From Giardia intestinalis (taxonomy: Eukaryota), in assembly GCA_000002435.2 (NCBI GenBank), contig CM018789.1: DNA of 64,000 nt; one strand, given 5' to 3'. Positions within the stretch are counted from its first letter, which is position 1, and each line of letters starts with the position of its first letter. This document shows positions 38,263-45,733 of the stretch, one piece after another. The notes beneath the pieces are model-generated. The model saw only the letters and a program-made list of their open reading frames with translations. It did not search any database and had not been told where the DNA came from. Position numbers and translations under genes: made by a program.

Positions 38263-40515
38263 TTATAAAAACACCTCAGAACAAAGCACAAGGGCTAACA
38301 GAAGCTCAGAATAGGTAGTTGAAAGATGTGACTGCATATCACCACTTACATTACCAAATCTATTCAGGATAGTGTCATGATCAAAGTGAGTAAAGAGGCC
38401 TTTGCTAGTCGATAGAAGAATTTCTATATTGTTTGCAGAGACAAGGTCAGCGTGTAGTTCACGTATTATGCGAGCGGTCATAATGTAATCAAAGAGGCAT
38501 ATCGGTGTCTCCATCATCAAGTAGAATAAGATGCACTGGAGGCTTTCCTGAAGAGATGCATCGTTAGCGCTTTCGACGATCATAAACGATACAGTCTTGG
38601 CTAGGGTAGCAAAGGAAAACCCAGGTTCGTCTTCGTTGTAGTAGCTTAGAACCAGGACCTTAGCATGTTGAATGGCCTCTTTTGCAATAAACTGGTGGTC
38701 CACTCGTGATTGCCCCTGCAGCTTCCTGGCCAGAAGCCGTGAAGTGCGCTCTTGAAAGCACTCTGTTTCCAATTGAGCAGCTGGGTAGCCGAGATTTAAA
38801 ATTAACGCGTAGAGCTTTACAAGCTTGACAAAAAGCTTTCGCAACTTTTGGATTGCTATTTTAAAAAATAAATTGCGAGTAAAACTAATTACATACTGTA
38901 TATTCTGTAACCTAAGTTCCTCATAATAATACAATAGAGAGATTGTGCTGTTTGTAAGAGCAATAAGGTCAGCAAAGGGATCTGGCCTACACGGAAGACA
39001 GATTAGTAGTCCAGAAAGACTATCTATGTGGCCGGCAAGCTCAATCTCAGGGTCTGCACGGTCATCGGTGCATATGTTTGTAATACAAGTCTCCACAGTC
39101 TTCAGTAGCACACCAGCATATTCATTGATTGAAAGTAGTACGGCTTGAATATCTGTGCTTTCAATCCTATTCATATCGCGTATGGAAGTAGAGTCTAGGT
39201 TGCATAGAATAATGTCATAAAGGTCTTTCTGCGGCGTGTTGCAATAGTAGTTCAAGACAGCTTTGTAGAAGAACAATCGAAGATAGGCTACAGGGCGTGG
39301 TGGGCCTCTTCGGTGGATGCCTGCAAGCTCTGCAAGGACAGAGAAAGACTCTGTTTGCTGAAGCACGGACTCTGTTATTTCTTGGTGTTTGTGGGCCTCT
39401 AGAACACGAAGTGATGAGAGGAAGAGCCGCTGAAGCCTTTTTATACTGGCGGGACGAACAGATAGCACAGGAGCGAGCTCAAGGAGTTGAAGCACCTTCA
39501 GACACGCCAGCTGCGAGGCTACAAGCTGGTCACTATTGTAGTATGCGGCATGGTTTGAGCATTCCTGTTGTAGACTCTCTAGAGAAACGAAGTTTCCGTC
39601 CGAGGTGCTTACTTGAGAAAGAGACACCGCTGTCAGCCCTTGAAGCCTGTTATATATCTTCTTGGCACCATATACACCATCCTCAAAGGACTGCCCCGGT
39701 GCCCAGAAGAGGTGGGTCATCAATTGAAGAGCTAGTGGAGGATCAAACTGGAGATCGCGGAGACGGACGAATATCGTGCTGCGAATCGACTCTGCTATGA
39801 TGTACAAGTCTTTACAACGAGTTAAGAGGTCCAGAAACGAGGCTTCTGAAGGCTGTGTCACAGTGAGCTCCTTGCCTCGGGACTCACAGTTGGCCTCCTG
39901 AAGGCTCTGCATATCCACGTGACTCATGGGCTCAGATTGGTGGGTTGGTTCTCCGATGTACAGCTCTGCACAGTCACTGTTGTAATAAGACAATTTGAGA
40001 AGAGACTCGGATAGATACAGCATGAAATTAGAAATCCAAATGGCCACATCCAATAGCTCACTCGCACTGTTTAATGTCGCAGTGGCCTCATCTTGGAGGT
40101 GGCCGCGGATATGTCCAAAGCTAATTGATGCGAAGCTCAGGTTTCTGCTAATGACCGTGTAGCAAGACTCTTGATTTATTGGATCAGGGTGGTCCTTAGT
40201 TGCCCACAGGTTTGTTTCTAAACAGAGGATGACTGACATGACCACCCAGGGAACATGGAGGTCGATTTGTAGGGGCTTCCCTTGCTCCAAAAACAAACTG
40301 ATTTCCCTTCTGTATTCGTCGCTCCGGCTCTCGAGTTCCGCTAGAACAGGAGACACTTGTAAGCGCGTATCAGAGAGGACTGCCTGCAGAGCATATAAGG
40401 CCCAGCGAGGCCCCTCTGGACCCCTGGTGGCCTGCAGATAGGAAGCCAGGAGGTAAACTGCCGGCCAGCTGCCCGCCTCTCCCAACGCTCCCAGCGTCCC
40501 GCCCCAGACATCCAT
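38263..40515 (-). CDS. Hypothetical helical protein of 750 aa.
   Basis: The ORF is uninterrupted and Leu-rich, with alpha-solenoid-like composition. No recognisable motif was found. Confidence 0.5.
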   Translation of the reverse strand: MDVWGGTLGALGEAGSWPAVYLLASYLQATRGPEGPRWALYALQAVLSDTRLQVSPVLAELESRSDEYRREISLFLEQGKPLQIDLHVPWVVMSVILCLETNLWATKDHPDPINQESCYTVISRNLSFASISFGHIRGHLQDEATATLNSASELLDVAIWISNFMLYLSESLLKLSYYNSDCAELYIGEPTHQSEPMSHVDMQSLQEANCESRGKELTVTQPSEASFLDLLTRCKDLYIIAESIRSTIFVRLRDLQFDPPLALQLMTHLFWAPGQSFEDGVYGAKKIYNRLQGLTAVSLSQVSTSDGNFVSLESLQQECSNHAAYYNSDQLVASQLACLKVLQLLELAPVLSVRPASIKRLQRLFLSSLRVLEAHKHQEITESVLQQTESFSVLAELAGIHRRGPPRPVAYLRLFFYKAVLNYYCNTPQKDLYDIILCNLDSTSIRDMNRIESTDIQAVLLSINEYAGVLLKTVETCITNICTDDRADPEIELAGHIDSLSGLLICLPCRPDPFADLIALTNSTISLLYYYEELRLQNIQYVISFTRNLFFKIAIQKLRKLFVKLVKLYALILNLGYPAAQLETECFQERTSRLLARKLQGQSRVDHQFIAKEAIQHAKVLVLSYYNEDEPGFSFATLAKTVSFMIVESANDASLQESLQCILFYLMMETPICLFDYIMTARIIRELHADLVSANNIEILLSTSKGLFTHFDHDTILNRFGNVSGDMQSHLSTTYSELLLALVLCSEVFL

Positions 40516-40589
40516 CTGCGGCCGAAGCGTAACAATAAAATCGGGTGTTCACTCCTTTACAGTAAAGCCTCGTCCTTGTGCATGCAGAC

Positions 40590-40946
40590 TCAGTCGGAAG
40601 ACTCCTCCTCGGAGGAAGATGAGTCGCCGCCGAACATTCCGCCGGCACCGACAATCTCATCGTCGTCGGACTCCTCCTTCTTGGCGGTCTCGGCAGCCGC
40701 CGCTGCAGCAGCGACCGCACCGCCTGCAGTAACAGGGGCAGGGGCAGCAGACGCAGACCCCAGGGTTGTGAGGAGCTCCTTGACGTTCTTGCCCTCCAGG
40801 TAGTTGGCGAAGAGGGTGAACCAGATGCTGTCCACCTTGACGCCGGCGGCGTCGCAGATGGACTTGAGGTTTGCTGCCGTAGGCTCTTGGTTCTCGTCGG
40901 CCAGGATTATAGCGGCCAAAACACACGCGGTTTCTTGACTCTGCAT
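40590..40946 (-). CDS. RPLP1: 60S acidic ribosomal protein P1.
   Basis: The 118 aa protein has the N-terminal ACVLAAIILADENQEPTAANLKSICDAAGVKVDSIWFTLFANYL, matching P1 ([46 protein letters not shown]). It is followed by an Ala/Gly hinge and an acidic tail, KKEESDDDEIVGAGGMFGGD. Confidence 0.8.
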   Translation of the reverse strand: MQSQETACVLAAIILADENQEPTAANLKSICDAAGVKVDSIWFTLFANYLEGKNVKELLTTLGSASAAPAPVTAGGAVAAAAAAAETAKKEESDDDEIVGAGGMFGGDSSSSEEESSD

Positions 40947-41095
40947 ACGAACGAGCTCGGGTGACGCTCCTTATTTGTCTTGGATATCTGATTTCAAATT
41001 TAAATAGATTCGGATGAGACATTGCACGGAGATCAGAAGTCCACTCTAGCCCATCACCAGGCACACATAGCTATCAGTTTTCTATCACAAGATAA
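40947..41095. promoter_or_regulatory. Divergent promoter region between RPLP1 (minus strand) and the NudC-like gene (plus strand).
   Basis: A 149 bp spacer with an A/T-rich core (gatttcaaatttaaatagattcgg) lies between divergent ATGs. Confidence 0.35.
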
Positions 41096-42124
41096 ATGCC
41101 AACCCAATATCGACAGATAAAAATGTCGGCTACCGTGGATAACTGCTTTCTGCGTGTCCACGAGGAGATTGGTGACATCAAGGGAGCCATGTGTGACCCA
41201 ACGAATCTCTTCATAGCTGTGAGCGCCAGCGGTGAAGCATACATCACCAAGGACTCCACATTCTTACTGCCCTTAATTCAAGAGGGTATAGAGAGCCTTT
41301 TGCTGTCATCGGCTGCAAACGGCTCGGTAAGCTTTCTGGGCTGGTTTGTCCCGCCTACTGCCTCGCCAGAGTCAGTAACGTTGCAGACAGATTCTATTTT
41401 ACGACCTGGCATGTCTGCCATCTTTAGCGTGCGAATGGACCTCGGTGATCTAGAGAGTGTTGCTCACCAGATAGGTGGAAAGGTTGTCTTGTCTGATGGG
41501 CTAACAAGCCTTTGCACAGAACCCGGAGTTGGGTCTCTCCTTCACTCCATAATGTTGGCCAAATTCCTAGCAAGCTGCATGTACTGTAGCGTATGTGGCA
41601 AACGTTTAACTATGCTCGATACCCGTGGCCTTGCTCAAGAATGTAAAGCATGCGCTAAGGAGTATTTCCTCCCCATTCGACCCTATGTGTGTGGGTTGAT
41701 AATTCATGACAACCGGATCTTGCTAACACCCAAGAGTGCCACTGAGGCCCTGTGGGGACTGCCCCTGTTTGAGCTGGAAGTTTGCGAAACGCCATTGAGT
41801 GCTTTGCTTGTCAATCTTTATGATGTCACAGCGGTGAATATTAGGCAGTACATGCACTCAGCAGTGGCTCTGGATATCACAATTTCCTCTGTCGATATCT
41901 CTGGCCTCGTCACTGCCTGGAAAGTCTGTATAGCTAGAGGGTTTGAGCCGCGCGATAGCAAGTGCGCATGCTGGTTTACTAAGGAGCAGTGTACAGAGTT
42001 ACTGAGCAGCATGGGGTTAACCGAGAAATCTATTGACGGGTTTTTGTTGAGAGAGTGGATTAATGGAACTCTTAATAGTTACGTGGCCAGCATTCCTCCT
42101 CCTTTCGACAACATTGGAATGTAA
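41096..42124 (+). CDS. NudC/NUDT12-like protein with a zinc ribbon and a Nudix fold. The Nudix box is degenerate.
   Basis: The sequence CSVCGKRLTMLDTRGLAQECKACAKEYFLPIRPYVCGLIIHDNRILLTPKSATEALWGLPLFELEVCETPLSALLVNLYDVTAV parallels NUDT12 (CPTCG...C..C...[60 protein letters not shown]). The catalytic RE..EE residues are replaced by LLVNLYD. Confidence 0.45.
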   Translation: MPTQYRQIKMSATVDNCFLRVHEEIGDIKGAMCDPTNLFIAVSASGEAYITKDSTFLLPLIQEGIESLLLSSAANGSVSFLGWFVPPTASPESVTLQTDSILRPGMSAIFSVRMDLGDLESVAHQIGGKVVLSDGLTSLCTEPGVGSLLHSIMLAKFLASCMYCSVCGKRLTMLDTRGLAQECKACAKEYFLPIRPYVCGLIIHDNRILLTPKSATEALWGLPLFELEVCETPLSALLVNLYDVTAVNIRQYMHSAVALDITISSVDISGLVTAWKVCIARGFEPRDSKCACWFTKEQCTELLSSMGLTEKSIDGFLLREWINGTLNSYVASIPPPFDNIGM

Positions 42125-42126
42125 AG

Positions 42127-44118
42127 TTATTTCTTCAGCTTTCGCTTCTCTGCGTGGGCGTAGGCGTCGTCTGCATCAAGGCCCTGGTCCTCAGTGGTGA
42201 ATTCGGGAACTAGGTGGCGGCCGTAAAAATGCGTGAGTTTGATGCGGTTGAGGGCCACCTCTGCTTCTTTTTCTGTAGCGTACTGGACAAACGCAAATCC
42301 ACGCAGCCTTCCGTCAAGCTTCTTGGGCGCTCTGAAGGAGACAACTCTACCAAACTGAGACACCAGCTGCTTTAGTTCTTTGCCGTTTGCCTGGAAAGCT
42401 AAGTTCTTGATTATGAGCTTTGTTGTAGCGCCGGCTTCTGCAGCATGTTGGGCTATCTCCCCATCGTTACCTCGTGCAAGAGACGCTGACCATTTGTGCC
42501 CATCGAGGGTTATATTGGATATTTTGTCGATTGCTTCTTGTGCTGCTGCCTTCGTCAAAAACTCTGCAAAGCCGTAGCCCTTGTGGCCGTGGGCATGGAG
42601 AACCAAACGGCACGATGCATTTTTAGGCAAATCCTTTATAATAGCGTAAACACGATCTGGAGTCGTTGAAAAGGAGATGTTTTTGATGTAGATTGTTGTG
42701 GGTGCCTCTCTCTTAGGTAGAGGAGCTGTACTTGTGCCCTCGCAGTCTTGGTTTTTCTGCTGTGTCTGACTGCCATCATCTTTTATCTGATCGACAGTGT
42801 TCTGCATCATCGCAAACTCGAGAAACATTGGTACCTTCAGCTTGCCAACACGCTTAAATGCAAGCATATTGAAAGCCTTCCTGGCATCTTGGGGCGCTCC
42901 CATTTCAACAATGGCGAACCCGGGACACGGCTGGATACACCGAAGAACAGCTCCGTACTGCTCAAACTGCTGAGATATTTCGGAGATATCGACGTCTCCA
43001 GGAAGATTCTTACAAAGTATCACTGTCTTGCTTCTTTGAGTATCAGTGGCCCGCACTGCTTCGTCTACAATTAGAATCCCATGAGTCTTAAGAATAGCTG
43101 TTGCCTCCTCCACCAAATGGGCTTCTGCAACGGCAAGACCCACTGCATTAGAGGCCAGAGCCGTCTGATCAAGGTTGAGCCGCTCTGCAGCGACGGAGGC
43201 TACTGTGTTCGACCTCATATATGATGGATTCCACGCTAGCTTATTGTGCTTATCTAGACCCTTTACTAGATATTCCTTGTGGGAGCCCGGCAGAATAATA
43301 GCGCGTGCAGGAGTTATGCGAACAACCTTGCCATTGATGATGGTATCTCGTTGCTTCTTAGCTCTGAATGCAGCCTCTGGAAGGCAAAACGTTACAAAGC
43401 CCACGCCAGTCGGCTTGTGCGTCAACTTGTCCAAGCACACCACCGCCTCAGAGATTTCCCCGTAGGAACTAAAGTGCTGAAGCAGATGGTCCTCTGTGGT
43501 AACGTTGGCAAGCCCCGTCAGTTTGATCCTGACAGCATCAATCTCAATGTCATTTGTATCGATGAGATCCTGACCGTAGTCCTCTGTTGCTGCCTGACCG
43601 TCCTCTGTCTTCACCTGGGAGTTATCACCGGCACCCGCCTCTTCGGGCGCATCACTAGTACTGCCCTGTTGGCTATCTGTGTCACGTGCAACGCACACTA
43701 CGTTATCTTCCCATGAGCGTTGACCGGCAATCTGGATGTATTCTTGCAGCTTCTTACCGCCTTCCTTCCGCATTTGTTCGATGAGTTCGCGTGCTCCACC
43801 CTGGTGTTTAGCCAGACGCTCTTGATGCCGCCTTTCACGGTCCTCCTCTCTGAGCTTTTGCTCGGCCTCAATAGCACTGCGAGAAAGGGCCTTTTCGACG
43901 CTTATTCGAGACGTGCGAATGTATGAATGATTCAGTTTCGCAATGGCCTTGTTTGCAGACGCCTCATCTAGAAATCCCACGTATGCTACTCTCCGTGATG
44001 TTCCGTCCTCCTTGAGGAGGAGGCGAATCTCTGTTATGGGTCCAATGCTCTGAAAGTGCTTCTGGATGTCTGATTCTGTGGCCTTTTTGGCTAGGTTCTT
44101 CACAAACACACGAGACAT
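42127..44118 (-). CDS. Multi-RRM nucleolar RNA-binding protein of the RBM19/Mrd1 type with five RRMs.
   Basis: Five RRM units are present, each with RNP2/RNP1-like elements. Examples are VFVKNLA...VAYVGF, KLTGLA...GVGFVTF, ILCKNLP...GFAIVEM, TIYIKNI...KGYGFAEF and LIIKNLA...RGFAFVQY. The length is 663 aa. Confidence 0.65.
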   Translation of the reverse strand: MSRVFVKNLAKKATESDIQKHFQSIGPITEIRLLLKEDGTSRRVAYVGFLDEASANKAIAKLNHSYIRTSRISVEKALSRSAIEAEQKLREEDRERRHQERLAKHQGGARELIEQMRKEGGKKLQEYIQIAGQRSWEDNVVCVARDTDSQQGSTSDAPEEAGAGDNSQVKTEDGQAATEDYGQDLIDTNDIEIDAVRIKLTGLANVTTEDHLLQHFSSYGEISEAVVCLDKLTHKPTGVGFVTFCLPEAAFRAKKQRDTIINGKVVRITPARAIILPGSHKEYLVKGLDKHNKLAWNPSYMRSNTVASVAAERLNLDQTALASNAVGLAVAEAHLVEEATAILKTHGILIVDEAVRATDTQRSKTVILCKNLPGDVDISEISQQFEQYGAVLRCIQPCPGFAIVEMGAPQDARKAFNMLAFKRVGKLKVPMFLEFAMMQNTVDQIKDDGSQTQQKNQDCEGTSTAPLPKREAPTTIYIKNISFSTTPDRVYAIIKDLPKNASCRLVLHAHGHKGYGFAEFLTKAAAQEAIDKISNITLDGHKWSASLARGNDGEIAQHAAEAGATTKLIIKNLAFQANGKELKQLVSQFGRVVSFRAPKKLDGRLRGFAFVQYATEKEAEVALNRIKLTHFYGRHLVPEFTTEDQGLDADDAYAHAEKRKLKK

Positions 44119-44182
44119 CGAGGCTATTTACAAAAATGCATTTCAATCGAGTACTTCGACAAGGTAGCTACTGCCCTTTGGG

Positions 44183-45124
44183 TTATAGGGCACGACCTTT
44201 TCCCTTGAACTTCTTGGACTCGAGGGCTTTCTTCACGTTGAAGTGACTCTCTTCCTCCATGTTTGCTAACATATCTAGATCGCTCTTCACAGACTTTATA
44301 GTACTTGGCTTGATGTCTGAAAGCTTTTGGGTCAAATCCACCCTCATTGCCGACTTCTCTGCGGAGGGATGTCCTGGCTGAGTTGCCTCAGTCAATGAAG
44401 CAATCGCCTTCCCTCGGCCATCTAGCCTCCTACCCCCAACAAATCCCATGGCTTCATCGGCTTTTTTAGATTCTTCTAGACGCTTCTTTTCCATATACTT
44501 CCTTTTCTGCTCCTCCAGGTATTCTGTATAACCCACGGGCTCAGCAAATTCCACTGTAATGTTAGTATTGAGAAGTGACACGGCCACGTCAGGTTTTGTA
44601 TCAAGAATCTTTATGTCATATTTGATGCCGGCATGCTCAAACCGCAAATATTGGCCCCTCATTATGCAGCTGAAGTTGGGGAGAAGATTTGTCAACACTG
44701 CTTCGGGGTCGTCGATTTCAAGAAATTTGGTGGACTGAGGCTGGATTTTCATGAAGGTTCCCGGCTCAAGGTTTATAGACGCAATGACCACGGAATCTCC
44801 TGGACGAATGTTGCAATACTCCATGATCCAGGACGGAGCGTAAAGCAGTGTGTTTGCACCACTAAAGTCCAGGACACCGCAGTGAATAACGATCTTATGT
44901 GCCGGGGAGTGTATTCTGAAGTGCATGCCTTTTCCCTCCTCTATTATATTCTTGTCGAGGAGACGTTGGAGAATGTCATGCCCCAAGATTATCTTCCCTC
45001 CATTTTCAAACGTCTCCCTGTTAGGAATATGGATTGTCCTCGGATCTCCCACTGTGTAGATTTCAACAAATTGTAGGCCCATTTGGATACGATGTGAGGG
45101 TTGACCTCTGATCGAGGAGATCAT
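44183..45124 (-). CDS. UFD1: Ubiquitin fusion degradation protein 1 (Cdc48/p97 cofactor).
   Basis: The N-domain matches UFD1 closely. [15 protein letters not shown] corresponds to [28 protein letters not shown] corresponds to [46 protein letters not shown] corresponds to [61 protein letters not shown] corresponds to [27 protein letters not shown]. The true start may be the internal Met at about 45082. Confidence 0.85.
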   Translation of the reverse strand: [313 protein letters not shown]

Positions 45125-45733
45125 GGATTTTTATTAAGCTCGTTTACTGCCCTTGCGCCATGACCCATTTGTTGCACCCACTCACTGGACAGCTACAAGG
45201 GGGACTTTTGCTGGACGGCAAGGCCTTAAGTCTGCCTAAGATGGGTAATTACGTGTCGCCAAGCTGAGCTTCTGCCTGCGCAAATGAGGGATAACGAGAG
45301 ATACATAAGGGACATTGACAATATAACGACATGTTTACTGCCTAACTCACGCCTTTTCTGGCAGATGGGCTACTAGTGGAGGAACCCGACGACGCCCTCG
45401 GCTTGTCCTTGTTGTGGAACGCACCCTTGGAGCCGGCCACGCGCAGAAGATAGGCCCCTCTGCTCAGACCCACGGCCTCCTGTCTTTGGCACTGAGCCCC
45501 AGCACCACAGGGTTGCGATGGGATGCGTGATGCAACGCGGGACTAAGCAGCCACTTGTTGACAATTCAGCTGAATCCTCCCAAGCTCCAGTGTCTGCTCT
45601 TCGTTCCGCTTACTTCTTCAGAGCAAGGTAGTTAACCACGCTGAGATAGGATATACCTACAATTTTCCATAATTTACAATCACATATTTAACATAATAAC
45701 GGCAATCGTATTCCGTTTTCAAGGTACATTAAG

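Noticed and set aside
45260-45310. A U6 snRNA-like fragment (ctgcgcaaatgagggataacgagagataca) in the UFD1 upstream spacer.
   Set aside because: It shares only a short run with the U6 sequence (CCUGCGCAAGGAUGACACGCAAA). It lacks the ACAGAGA box and flanking stem sequence, so the resemblance is likely chance.
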